Position numbers and translations under genes: made by a program. Source: the human T2T-CHM13v2.0 reference genome, Homo sapiens. From it: a stretch of 64,000 nt of DNA. The notes beneath the pieces were generated by a model. That model worked only from the letters and a program-made list of their open reading frames with translations, ran no database searches and was not told where the DNA came from. Of the stretch, positions 1-16,310 are shown one piece after another; position 1 is the first letter of the stretch; every line of letters starts with the position of its first letter. The DNA lies in the NCBI RefSeq assembly GCF_009914755.1, contig NC_060944.1; one strand, written 5' to 3'.

Positions 1-57
1 AACACACACCACACCCAGGTACAAGCCAGCACCCCGATCTTGGACTATGCTCCCTGA

Positions 58-401
<344 letters not shown>

Positions 402-2851
402 TATGTCTGTCTTTTTAAGATCAGTATTACCCAGAAAAAGACATGAGCCTGATTACTCCAGCAAGGATTTTCATTCAGTAAGCTGTGGGTTTTAAGAAGC
501 CAAGGAGGGAAAGAGACAAGCTGACTATCCCGACTTCAGAGGGCGTTCTCGATGGTTATCGAGATGTTGCTGGCCCTTGTACTTCCCCAGAGAGGAGAAT
601 CCAGCCAAGCTGGTCAGCAAGAGCCTGGGGTGGGTCTGGAAGGAGAGCTTCCTGCAGTGAAGAACTCCGATGCTTCCAGGGCCACCTGCCAGATATGGGG
701 CACAGTCCCCGCCTCTTCCAGGTGGAGATGAGGTGTTGAACTGGGCCCTTCTAAGAGGAGGGCAGGGGGCAGTGCCTTAGCAGAGCTTCTAACCCACGTA
801 AGTGCCTTCAATGCCTTCCTTTCCTGCCACATTACCAAAAAATATACTGTTATTGTTGATGAGCTAGCCTGTCTCCCCACCGTAAGGGCAACCGCAAAAT
901 GGTCGTTTTCTCTCTCCTGATTTGCAAAAGCAAACAGCCAGCAGGGCGGAGGGGTTACTGCTCTGCAGTGATCACAGCTGGCTCTCTGCCAAATAAAGAA
1001 CTAGAGTATACAATCCGATAAGATTCCAGGCTCAAAATTGTTTGAAGTTATTTAGATATCAAAATATTTAAATTTCCAGGAATCCTGATGGTTTATGGAG
1101 ACAAAATGAGGCTACAGGAAATTTCATTTGTCCCAGAAATCTGGAGTACATAATCAATCACCTGTAGCGGGAAAAAAAGGGTGAATTTTTTTTTAAAGGG
1201 TCAGCACCTGAGAAGCTGCCCTATCAAATTAACCTACTTAATTCCTGAATTTGTCACTGGTCACTGTTTTTCATTTATAAAGCAAGGACTTTTTAAGAGA
1301 AAAATTAGCATCCCCTTTGTAGAAGGATGGAAATTACTGATGTGCCAGTGAAAGCACAGCGAAGAGTCTAAGTGTGCTCTCTTTGCTTCTGTTCTGAGGT
1401 TATTAGCTATAAAAGCTGTTTTGCCATCTGAAGATTCATATTCTACCCATAAGCTGCATCCCTAGTGGAAGGTAAGCTGGAGGTCACAACAGCGCAATCC
1501 AAAATGCCCTTCACTTACTAAACTCTTAAGTGAAAACACATCATTGAAAAGATGCTCTCTAGCGGAGTCTGACACGAGAATTTTTCAAGACCCAAACCAC
1601 CATCAGCTCTGAATTTAAGATCAATTGGTTTTGCCCCAAGCCTTAGGAAGCTGCTCTAACTGAACTGTGTTTTAGAATCATCTTCAGCTTAATTGTCCAC
1701 CATCTACTAAAGCTTCCTGGAGAAATTCCCTTCAGACATCAATGTGAGGAAAAGTTCTACTTCTTTTAATCAACTAGAATGGTTTTTTGTTTTTTTGGAA
1801 AGTATGAGATCTTCTAAGGTACTGTGTTTCCCATTCTGCTTTCAGAGCCAACTTCCCTAACTCTGAAGATTGAAATAGTACAGATTTCTGTATAAAACCT
1901 TTCCCCAGACCACTTGCTATTCTACCTTCATTTTCCTTTTACATGGATGTCTTTATTTTCATCTTGTTTCATATGGTTATGTATCCTTGTCAATCTGTTG
2001 CAAATTCTTTCTGGAAGAGGTAGGGGCACAAAACCAATCAATCAAAAGATCTGTTCCAGAAAGAAAGAACAGTATAAATATGTCACTCATAGGAGCACTG
2101 CCATCTGCACCCAAATATTCCTACGATCCTCATGAAATAAATGCTACTCCTATTGTTCTCTGCAACAACAGAGACAGTCTCTCAAAACCCAATCCATAAC
2201 ATACTCATATTTTTCAGAGGCCATCTATAAATCTAACAGATGGGTCGGGATGGTTTGATGGCCTATCCTCCCTCCCTTATGTAACTGTATCTCTCTCTTC
2301 CTCCACTGTACCTCTCACAGACATTCTCTTTAGCTGAACTGCAGGAATCCTCTCTCACTCTGACAGCTGAGGTTCCAGAGCAGCCCAGGTTGACCATAAC
2401 CACAGCAGAAAGATTCTCAAGGCCCATCCCTGACTTGCTTTAAGCCACCAGACAATGGAAACCCCAAAGGACATGGAGTTACATCTTATTCAAGGGTTTC
2501 ATTGACAAGTTAGCTCCTGATAGAAGTTAGGCACAGTCAAGATTTAAACCTGGCTATCCCTTAAGTCACTCGCCACATACATAAGGTTTTATGGCTACAA
2601 CCTGTAATTTGTCCTGGGGCAATGTTTCTTCTGGGCCCTTAGTTAATTCTTCAGTATCTTTATTGAGCATGTTGAATCCTCTAACCTAATTGCCAAGCCA
2701 ACTCAAAAATGTGCTGAATACTTTGTCAGTGGGAAGGACATCCTTCCAATCATTCCCACACCCCTTTTGTTGGGCTTGTTAACATGCCCAGGCTGCACTA
2801 GGCTGTGGGGTAGTCACTGCTGGTTCAGAATATAACCGTAGCCTCTGAGAC

Positions 2852-3022
2852 TCAGGGGATATTTGGCAATATTTGATTGCCACATTTGTGACTGCCACAA
2901 CTGAGCAAGTAAGGTTGCCATCTGGCTGGTAGAGGCCAGGGATGCTGGAAAACATCCTCCAATACACAGGACTAAGAATTAGCCAGGGCAAACTGTCAGA
3001 AGTGCAAGGTTGTGAAACTCTG
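2852..3022 (+). mobile_element. MER20 (hAT-Charlie) fragment
   Basis: caggggatatttggcaat...ggtagaggccagggatgctg...aggttgtgaaactctg. Confidence 0.75.
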
Positions 3023-3059
3023 AGCTAAGTTAAATGCAAATAAGATTAAAAGCCAGTAA

Positions 3060-3399
<340 letters not shown>

Positions 3400-3489
3400 C
3401 TAAGAAGCACTCAGTATTCTGGCACCAATCACCCAAATACTGTCCTACTACTGTAAGAAAATACACTTGGAGATGCCTAGGTGGCATGA

Positions 3490-3873
<384 letters not shown>

Positions 3874-4292
3874 TGAGATGTCTGTGGAATGCAGCACTGA
3901 AGGACCATTTGACAAGATCCAAATGTTAACAAACACTTTGGGGAAATAAATGAGCATATTGGAAAAGAAGCTGCTCAGACTAAAAATGACTTGGTCACTA
4001 AAAGTAACCATCATTTTCTAACAGACTTCTCTTTCTGTACTCAAAATCAATCATACTGGATACCGAGCAGGTTAAAGGTAGGCAGGCCCATGTTTGAGTC
4101 CAGGTCCTGTTCTATGACTAGCTAGGCAACCTTAAACCAAACACAGCTTCACTGTGCCTCTCTCTCAGTGTGTTAGAGGGTCACATAACTTCTGATTTGT
4201 TTCTTTAAGGGTCACATAACTTTTGATAGTAAGTGTACGAGGTAGGATTCTAAACCAAATTAAGAAAACTGGAAACAGATACAATCACTTAC

Positions 4293-4802
4293 CATCCTGT
4301 TTGGGAGATGGTTCTTTGGGTTCCTTCTTATTTTTTCGACCCTCCCGCCCAGAATGGTCTTCTCCTAAATCTATGACAAGTTCGCTCTCTGAATCAGAGT
4401 CCAGGCCCAAATGGACTGTTGGGGAATCCGTCTCATCTTTTCCCTTCAGTTTATCCTTTATGGGGTGAGGTGAAGGTTTTGCCTTTTCGGAAAAGTCCTT
4501 CTCAGGCTCAGGGCTGGCCTTGTCCTTGACTGCTCCAGGGTCTGCCTTCTCGCTGGCTGGTGACGTGCTTTTCAGCTCCTCTTTAATCTCCACTGGGTTT
4601 GTAGGCTTGGGCTTTTTTTTAACAGCAGATGGCTCTTTGTCCATCTGACAACCTTCTTTGTCCTCTGTGTCTTCTGGCTCGTTCTTAGACTTCTGCTCAT
4701 CATCACTGATATACTCACTATCGCTACTATCTGACTTCTCAGAATCCTCCGAATCGCTGTGCTCTACGGCCGTATAGACATCTTCCGAGATTTCATTTAT
4801 GC
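4293..4802 (-). CDS. ZMYND8: ZMYND8 exon K (GINEISEDVYTAVEHSDSEDSEKSDSSDSE...KEPSPKQD), acidic/Ser/Lys-rich region, 510 nt, phase 1/1
   Basis: ttttgaatttag|GCATA acceptor, GATG|gtaagt donor; inside ORF 4285-4914. Confidence 0.96.
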
Positions 4803-5344
4803 CTAAATTCAAAAAGAAAACCCAGCATGTGGCGTAGTCACAAAATAAAGAGCAGGATGAAAAATGCAAACATTTTTCCACACCAAATGCTGGAATAAGA
4901 AAAGCACGTTTCAAATCGCATCACATTGGCCTAAATGGGGCCAGTAATAATCTCAAGTGGCAACTGGCTACGGCTGCCAAGTGGTACTTGCCTTGGGAGA
5001 GGGTTTTGGTTGTTAGGAGACACAGGACCTACCAACGGAGATTTTAAATTTATATGGCACTAAACATGTGGTGCCAAATTTTTGCAACGTTGATAACTAA
5101 TTGGGATTATTGAGAATGAAGAGGGCTGGAAGGGAACAGCAGGGACAAGCTGTTCAAACTGATCCAATTTACAGATTAGAAAACAGAGGCCCAGGGATAT
5201 CACCTGCCCTAGGACACAAGACAGAGGCCAGGCCAGAACCCCGGGTTCCTGGCTCCCCACCAACACTCTTCCCTTGGGTTTCCAAAGGGTTAAAGTTCTT
5301 GATCCTTTGTGTCTAGGCCAAAGAAAATAAGCCAAAGCCTTAAA

Positions 5345-5575
5345 GCAGAGGTTGCAAACAGCCCACAAGCCACATCTAGCTTGCAGACATGTTTCATGCG
5401 AGAGGCACTGGTTTGGCCCACAGGGTATCTTGTCTGCTTTTAATTTATAAATGTGTTGTCCAACTCACAAATCAGGAAATTTCATATAGAAATCAAAGCA
5501 GGGGCTTCTGATGAAAGAGCGGAAAATCTAGCCGCTCTGGGTCACCAGCCTGCCAGGCATTGGCTGGAACAGGAA
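5345..5575. mobile_element. MER103-like hAT fragment
   Basis: gaggttgcaaac...ggtttggccca...aaatcaggaaatttcatatagaaatc pattern; similar pieces near 16.1-16.4, 36.8 and 46.4 kb. Confidence 0.5.
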
Positions 5576-6114
5576 AGCCACTGGCTCCTCTAGGCGGGGG
5601 ACACACTTGTCTCCAGGTGACCCGGGTGCCCAGCCCTCCCTCTTGTTCCCTGCACTCGTGGAAAGTCAACTGCCACTCGGTGTGCATTGCTCTTCCACTG
5701 GTAAAGGAGTCAAGAGAGAAGTCACATACTTCTGTCTCTTTCAAAAGGAAGAAGCACAAACTAGCAGGTGTTTCATACACACAAACAAAAATGGGCAGAA
5801 GCACATTTCTAACAATAGTTCCATTTAACCCATTTACGGCTCCTGCCCCCAACCATATGTTATGCCATCATACTGTAGATAATAATACCATATCCTAAAC
5901 TTTTAGAAAGAGGAAAGAAAACCCAATCAAGTCTGTGCAATCTCTTCATTCTAGAGCAATGGCCACTGTGAATGGTGCCACTGTCCGACTTGTATACACC
6001 AAAAAGAAACCTGCAAAAATACCAGAGCCATGAACAGCCCGGGGCATGGGGGATCAGCTGGATCATTGGGGAATGTATCTGCCTCCACCAGGGCTCAATC
6101 AAAAACACAAGTCG

Positions 6115-6235
6115 AGCCAGGCATGGTGGTGCACACCTGTGGTCCCAGCTACTCAGGAGGCTGAGGCAGAAGAACTGCTTGAACCCAGGAGTTCAAGGCT
6201 AGCCAGGGCAACACAGGAAGAACACAAGCCAAAAT
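6115..6235 (+). mobile_element. FLAM/FAM Alu monomer
   Basis: Monomeric Alu-like sequence. Confidence 0.7.
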
Positions 6236-6329
6236 ACAAACACCCAGATCTGGTATAATTCTGGGATCCTAGGCTTGTGCTACTGGTAGGTAATGATTGG
6301 AAACAAGAAGGAAAAGTGTAAGCACATAT

Positions 6330-6560
6330 GTGATAGGAAAAGCTTGGGTACTGCAGTCCAAAGGACATGAATTCAAATCCTGCTTTTCTGTTTTTATTAC
6401 TGGTGTGACCCTGAACAAGTTATTTATCTCTCTGAGCCTCAGTTTCTCTATCCGCAAAATGGGACTGATAAAAGTATCAACCTCCCAAGACAATCTATAT
6501 GCAGTGCTTAGCATAGTGTCCAAGGAAACACTCAGTAAATGGAAATAATAAAATTCTTAT
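6330..6560 (+). mobile_element. MIR
   Basis: tgtgaccctgaacaagttattt...ctgagcctcagtttctctatccgcaaaatggg core. Confidence 0.75.
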
Positions 6561-6834
6561 TAGCAATAAAAACAAATCAAGAGTTGGGCCAGCTGCATGG
6601 AAGGACCCAAGAGGATTATTTAAATGGCATGCCAAATTTCACCCATGCCACCCAATGTCCTCACCAAACAGGCAACCCAACGGGAGCTGTTGTCCTCTGG
6701 ATAGCCCCAGATGGGTCCCTAACTCTAGCTGCTTTCTCACCTGAAGATGCAGAGCACCCACTGACACTCAGAGGAGCTTGCTCTCCAGAGGCCCAGCCAT
6801 CCCCCACTTCTTTACAAATGCCCTCCTAGCTTTA

Positions 6835-7270
6835 CTTACTTATTCAACAAACATTCCAGAGCATCTACCATGTGCACAGACCAAGTACCATAGAGAAGGC
6901 AAATCCTCATAAAACGGCCTCCCTGCCCTCAAGGAGCTTCCAGTCTAGATTGGGAGGGACACCCCCACACAAAGGGACCATTGCTACTTCCGAGCAATGA
7001 AGTACCAAAGGAGGAGGGCAGATGGGGAGGGCAGTCAGGGGAGACTTCCTGGAGGAGGTGAGATCTGAGCTCAGCCTCACAGAAGGCAGGATTCAGGTAG
7101 GCAGTGTGAAGGCAGGCAGCACAGGGAAGAGGAAGAAAGGCAACAGCTACAGAAGCAGGGTTTGCCCGGTGGGGAGGAGACCAGTCTGGAGGGAAAGGGT
7201 TTCGTGTCGGACACCTACAGAACACACTCACTACTCGTGTGGAGACACTGATGCGTACTGAGGAGAGCAG
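6835..7270 (-). mobile_element. L2 fragment
   Basis: ttattcaacaaacatt...ccctgccctcaaggagcttccagtctag...gacttcctggaggaggtg. Confidence 0.65.
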
Positions 7271-7571
7271 AGGCAAAACTCAGAGGATCCTCATTCTGCT
7301 TGCAAACCTTGATGATTCAAACCTGTATCTCGAGTTTCCAGACTGCTTTCACCAAAGAATAAACTGATGAGTTCAAAAAGCCCTGAATTAACTAGCAAGT
7401 CTGAAGTCTTTTGCCATGAGTGGAAATATATTTTAGCTGAGCAAATAGTTGAAAGTTAAAGCAGCTGCTAAAAGCAGCCAGGATTCAACCTTGATTTCAT
7501 CCAGGTGGTATCCCTACCAGTAATGATAACAATGATACTGCTGGAAAAAAAAAACAAAACCAAAGGTATAC

Positions 7572-7724
7572 CTAATTGTGCTTTGCAACTCTCTATGGTC
7601 TTGTCAAGATTCAGCTGGAACCTGCTACGAATCTGGCGCTTGGGAGAGATGAGAGGAACAGGGGTGGACTGTTGCTGGACCGACTCGCTCAGCTCCTTCA
7701 AATCCATCTCAGCTTTGCTTCGAT
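7572..7724 (-). CDS. ZMYND8: ZMYND8 exon J (DRSKAEMDLKELSESVQQQSTPVPLISPKRQIRSRFQLNLDKTIESCKAQL), 153 nt, phase 1/1
   Basis: tttctttcag|ATCGA acceptor, TAG|gtatac donor; overlaps ORF 7468-7707. Confidence 0.96.
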
Positions 7725-9088
7725 CTGAAAGAAACCATCACACCCTCGTAAGATCAGGCACACACCATCCTCATCACGGAGCTTCGTCCTTGCAAAGTCA
7801 GAGCAAAACACACATTTTAGAACATGGGGGAGGGGGAGATACTTTTTTTGTCATTCATCCCAACAATATCATCTGCTCAACCAAATGGGGTGACATGAAG
7901 ATAATGGCCCACGTGAACACGTTTGGCAGGTTTAAACAGTCCACTGAACAATCGTCTGGGTGACTTTCAATATTTAAAATGGACAATCCCAGCCAGATGG
8001 CTCAGTGTGTGGAAGTCAACATCATTAGGGACCCTCCAAAGACAAAGGTTATGGGCAGATATTCAATCTCAATTTCAGTGAACAAAGCAACACTGAGCCT
8101 GGTCAAGGTGTACTTGTAACTTCAGGTCCAGATTGAAGAGGACTTGTATCCAAGAAAGATGGCGACCCCCTCGAAAACACCCTGATAATTGGGGGCCCTA
8201 AATGCCTATTTGCCACAGAGGCTTCATTTTTCATTCTCAGTGGACCTAGTCTGGGGTGGAAACTAGAAAGGGCAGGGAATATAAGATAGGCAGACCTTCC
8301 AGCCAGTGTGTTGTGGCTCACAGCATCTATGTGAGGCAAGGGGAACAGATTAGCCCTGGATACTCAACCTCTGTCTAACAGGTCTCGCTCAAGTAAGAGT
8401 CCAAGGTCCTCAGCCTAGTTCCCAGGCAGAGGCCTCTGGGGGGTGACTCAGGCCGGAGGTCCTGTCCCCTCACTTCTTCGAGGGCTCTTTGTAGGACCAG
8501 CAGGACAGATTCCAAAGTCAGTGAGCTTACATTTCTTGGATTCCTCTCCCACCGACTCCAGTGCCCCCAAAATATTAAGAGTTTCAGTGGCTGCAAAGGT
8601 CCAGAAAGCAACAAGCAACTCTGCAGGTGGGGCCTACTGTCCTCCACTGTGCCTGCCACCCTCTGGCATCCCCTCCAACCCACCCAAAGCGAGTGTGAGG
8701 CATCTGTCCTACTCCGGCCGATCCCAAAAAATAAGTCAGAAAGCAGGTGGAATCCAATCAACCCACAAAGAGGAGAAGCCACCTCTGAGCCTGTTCCCAA
8801 CAGCTATCAGGTTGCTCCCTGGACTTCGTGCTTCATCTCCCTGCTCCCTCCATACCTCAGGCCACCTCCATTCATTGGGCTGTGAAAGAGGCCCCAGAAT
8901 CTAGTCTGAGAGCTGGGCTGGAAGCACTGTTTAAAGCCATCACTCTCTCCTACCTTTTTCCTTTGGCCTGACCCAACCACTTTCCTGTTCATGCAGTAAG
9001 GGAGAGTTCTCAAACACTGCATACCCAGAAATCAGCTCCTTCAAAGTAACTAGAAGCAGCCTCCCAAAAGCCCCACCCAATCCACTCA

Positions 9089-9328
<240 letters not shown>

Positions 9329-9591
9329 GGAGGGAAGAGATGGGTCTTTTCCTAAATCACACTTACAGACTGCCCCTCCCAGACCCAGGGAGATTCCAGA
9401 AGTGAGTGCTCAAAGCAAGCAGAGACACTATCCCTGTAATTCAAGAAAAATAGCAAAAACAGTATCTGTGTGCATGCATGTGTGTGTGCACACTTATCAG
9501 GGCTTTAAAGACAGGCTACTAGAGACAGGACTGCAGACATTCACACAGCCACCTCTGAGAGGGTGAAGAATGTGCAAATTTACTGCAGTGG

Positions 9592-9882
9592 GGCCAGGCA
9601 CAGTGATTCACACCTCTCCCAGCACTTTCGGAGGCAGAGGCAGGAGGATTGCTTGAGGCCAGGAGTTCGAGACCAGGCTGGGCAACATAGCAAGACCCCC
9701 ATCTCTACAAAAAATACAAAAAGTAGCTGGGCTTGGTGGTGCACGCCTGTAAACCTAGCTACTTGGGAGGCCGAAGTAGGAGGACTGCTTGAGCCCAGGA
9801 GTTTGAGGCTGCAGTGAGCCATGATTGCGTCACTGCACTCCAGCCTGGGTGAGCAAGATCCTGTCTCCAAAAAAAAAAAAAA
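9592..9882 (+). mobile_element. AluJ-like
   Basis: Diverged dimer with poly-A. Confidence 0.85.
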
Positions 9883-10015
9883 TTTACTGGACAAAGAACT
9901 AGAAAACTCTTTATACCCGTCTCTGTCCGGCAAGAAATCTGAAGTAGCTTAACAAAGAGAAATTATAGGGTAAAATAATTTTAAAAATAAGGAATGGGGA
10001 ACACTAAAAGAAAAG

Positions 10016-10284
10016 GGAGGAGCGACTCTGCCCAGTCGCCCCACCATCTGGGAAGCAAGGAGTGCATCTCTGCCCGGCCGCCGCACCGTCTGGGAAGTGA
10101 GGAGCGCCTCTGCCCCGCCCCGCACCATCTGGGAAGTGAGGAGCACCTCTGTCTGGCCGCCATGCAAGCCTCCAGGTGTAAAGTGGCAGCCTTGTGTGTG
10201 ATCTTTCTGCCCTCCCCGAGTTTGCATTTTTGACACTAAAGTTTACTTTTAAATTAAAAGTTTATTTAAAAAAAAAAAGAAAGA
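10016..10284 (+). mobile_element. SVA2-type VNTR retroposon, 5'-truncated
   Basis: About 3.5 copies of a ~40-bp SVA VNTR unit (gaggagcgcctctgcccggccgcc..ccgtctgggaagt), then a non-SINE-R unique tail, ATTAAA at 10253-10258, poly-A and candidate TSD aaagaaaag. Confidence 0.8.
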
Positions 10285-10298
10285 AAGAAAAGAGAAAT

Positions 10299-10600
10299 GC
10301 CGGGCGCAGCAGTTCACGCCTGTAATCCAGCACTGTGGAAGGCCAAGGCGGGAGGATCACTTGAGGTCGGGGGTTCAAGATCCGCCTGGCTAACATGGTG
10401 AAATCCCGTCTCTACTAAAAATAAAAAAATTAGCCAGGCATGGTGGTGGGTGCCTGTAATCCCCGGTACTCAGGAGGCTGAGGCAGGAGAACACTTGAAC
10501 CCAGGAGGCGAAGGTTGCAGTGAGCGAGATCGCACCACTACACTCCAGCCTGGGCGACAGAGCAAGACTCTGTCTCAAAAAAAAAAAAAAAAAAAAAAAA
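10299..10600 (+). mobile_element. AluS
   Basis: Full dimer, long poly-A. Confidence 0.9.
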
Positions 10601-10892
10601 GCCCAGATTAAAGAGTTCCAGTAGGCAGGACTCAAGGACTTAACAGCTGAGTTGCATGCAAATGTGACAGCAAAGGGGGAGGGATTTGAGGCCTCCCTCG
10701 GAATTTCCACTTTCAGAAATGAAGAAGCATGCTAGATTCCAGAGGGAAAAGCCAGCCTTTTCAAGAATAAAGATGGAAACGTATACTCACAAAAATACTC
10801 TCCATGGCTACCCAAGTGACACATTCATCAGTGTCCTCAATATTCCTATATACTACTAGAATACACAGTTAACGAAAAAATTTACAAAAGAG

Positions 10893-11900
<1,008 letters not shown>

Positions 11901-12951
11901 TATCAGACCAATCTTCTATGTGAGTAAAGAAAACTCACTATTTGCCTTAACTCCTGTGTGTGTGTTAACAGGACAACCTTTCTAAACCTTAGGGTCCATA
12001 AAAAGAGACCTAGACCTCACCTGAATAACTGAGCTCTGTGTGTGCACCTGCGTGTCTACACGTATGGCTACAGTAAATGCGACCCATTAACTTTAGCCTA
12101 AAAAGACTGAGCACTGGAATGTTCATAATCAAGAAAAATGCAAAGAAGGTAAATTCCCTCATTTTACAAACTGAGGTTTCTCTGGTCAGTAAGCTGCTGT
12201 TATGTTTATTCTTGTTAGAATAAACCACCAAATGGCTAGGGGCTGGGCCCAGGCCCTGGAAGCTGACCTTCAGGAGTTTAGCCGAATGTAATGATCTTTA
12301 TCCAAACCTGCAGCTGCATTTGACTCCCCCCTCCTCCGCAGAGAGAAAACAGCTTCACTTTCTCATTTAGCTCATGTAGCTTATCGGGACTTCTTCCACC
12401 CCTGCCCTTCTATATCGGGAATATCTTCAGAATCCACCCTTGCTGCCAACATTTTGAACTTTTCAGCTGATATGAAGACAGCTTAGGCTATAAATGGAAA
12501 CCAGGGATGAAAAATACTCACGCTAGAGAAAAAGGCACGATCTTACATTTCTGGAGGGAGCATAAATCAGAACCACCTCTTTAGAGGGCAGTTGGGCGAT
12601 ACCTCTCAAAATGTCGCCGCATGTGGCCTCTGATGCTCAATTCCACTTCTAGGAATTTATCCTATGGATTACCCTCCCACGTGGGCAAAAGGGTTCTTCA
12701 TTGCAGTTGTCTTCAATAGCAAAAATGGAAAGAAGCGTAGCGTCAGTAAGTAAGGCGCCTGAATAAATGTTACAGTTTACCTTTAAATGGAATTAAATAC
12801 AGCTGCTAAAATGAAATGAAGGCCGATTTCTGTGTGTTGATATGAAAAGCCAACCTGTTTCATGAAAAAGCAAAGACTGGTGGAGCACCTTAGCACTGCT
12901 GTAGGGGAGCCAAGAAGGAAATGGAAAATCGCTGGGAAGGCTATATATTCT

Positions 12952-13480
12952 CAGGGTTTCTCAACAGTGGCACTATTGATATTTGGGTCCTGGATAAGTC
13001 TTTGTGGTGGGGGTGGGGTGGGGTGGAGGGGCTGTCCCGTGTGTTGTAGGATGTTCAGCAGCACCCTGGCCTCTACCCCCTAGATGCTATTAGCACCTAC
13101 ACACCAGTTGTGACAATAAAAATATCTCCAGGCCAGGCGCAGTGCCTCATGCCTGCAATCCCAGCATTTTGGGAGGCTGAGGTGGGCAGATCACTCGAGG
13201 TCAGGAGTTTGAGACAAGCCTGGCCAACACGGTGAAACCCCGTCTCTACTAAAACCCCATCTCTACTAAAAATACAAAAATTAGCCGGACGTAGTGGCGC
13301 GCGCCTGTAATCCCAGCTACTCAGGAGGCGGAGTCAGGCAAAGGTTGCGGAGAGCCAGATCATGCCACTGCACACCAGCCTGGGCAAACAGAGCGACGCT
13401 CCATCTCAAAAAAATAAATAAAACATAAAAATATCTCCAGACACTGCCAAATGTCACCTGGGAGACAAAAACCATTCAGA
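12952..13480 (-). mobile_element. MER20 split by an AluS (13131-13424, +)
   Basis: cagggtttctcaac...gtaggatgttcagcagcaccctggcctctac...; 15-bp TSD ataaaaatatctcca. Confidence 0.85.
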
Positions 13481-13712
13481 ACTCATGCTATATATCTAGA
13501 AGGGCTCTAGAAACTAAAAACTTGCAACAGTGGTGACGTGCAGGAACAGGGGTATAGAGACAGGTGGTTGGAGGTTACAGACACGCTGGCCTTTCATGAA
13601 ATGTCCTGTGCTTTGAAATTTTTGTTACCATATGTACTCATTACTTATAAAAACAAACTCTATAAAAGAAAAATTTAAGAACTTCTTTTTCCATTTAAAA
13701 AAAGAGAGACAG

Positions 13713-14373
<661 letters not shown>

Positions 14374-14485
14374 GACAGATTTTTGTTCTAAAGCTGAACG
14401 CAAACTACAATGGATGGACTTCCAGGAACTACAAAATGTCAGTTCCTTCAAGGGAGCAATATCACTTAGACAAAAGACCCTAGCT

Positions 14486-14933
<448 letters not shown>

Positions 14934-15524
14934 CTATCTTTCAGTCAAAGCCAAACAGAGATCTTCCCCACCTCATTCACTCTAAAGAAAATCAAGACAA
15001 CATCTGAAAAATCTGGGCCCAGGCACTCCATGTATGCTCTCAAAGAAAGCCCGACTTCCAAGATACCGCTTTATGCACAAAAAGAAAGGATGCCTCCTGT
15101 CATTAACAGTGGAGAAATAAACAGAAAGTCTCGGGGTGTGACGACGTTCCCTGGCCCTGCCTGCATTTTCAACAGAGCATCAAGGCGCATTTCTGTCACT
15201 AACAGGACTACTGACTGCTGAGTTTCTTCAGCTCAAAGTAAACACCCTCTGTGAAATAAGAGGAGATGGGATCATCAGAGAAAGCAAACAGGAGTCTGGA
15301 AGAAGAAAAGGACCGGGCCCACCTCTTCTCTTCTAGTCTCAGAAACTCATTCCTATTTATGACTTATTTATAATCACTGCTGAGTCATACAGGGGGCTCG
15401 TAATAATCCACTGGGCTCAGCTCCTTGTTTTTTAGTGAGGAGAGGAAAGGCCCCAGACAGCAAATGAGGGGAAACAGTGAATTAGCAACCTGGGCAAGAA
15501 CCAGGTCTCTGTACAAACCTTCCC

Positions 15525-16022
15525 ATCTTATACCATATAGTCATATACCATACACACACACAAATACCATATACTCATATACCACATATACATATACTCA
15601 TATGCCATATACACAAATACACATACACTCACCATATACACACATACATACACACAAATACCATATACTCACATACCATATACACATTTACCATATACTC
15701 ATATGCCATACACACACAAATATATACCCATATACTATATGCTCACCATATACACACACGCAAATACAACACACACATACATACTTATATACCATACACA
15801 CACATACATATACTCACATATACCCAATATACAAACATACCCATATACCATATACTCATCATATACCATACACACATACATATACTCAAATATACCCATA
15901 TACCATATACTGTCATACCATATACACACATACATATACTCATACCATATACCCAATATACATACATATACCATATACACACATACATATACTAAAATGC
16001 CATATACTTATATACCATATAT
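15525..16022. repeat. Degenerate (CATATA/CACATA)n low-complexity array, about 500 bp
   Basis: Repeated taccatatac/acacatac/atactca units, one orientation. Confidence 0.9.
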
Positions 16023-16068
16023 TCTTAATTATAGTGTAACAGTATAATATAATTACAGTATAGTATAA

Positions 16069-16310
<242 letters not shown>

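Noticed and set aside
10016-10165. ~40-bp repeats as a possible CRISPR-like array
   Set aside because: No unique spacers; tandem SVA-type VNTR in primate DNA
12515-12540. ctttttctctag-c-gtgagt as a recursive splice site
   Set aside because: AG and GT are not adjacent, and it appears to lie in an old L1 fragment
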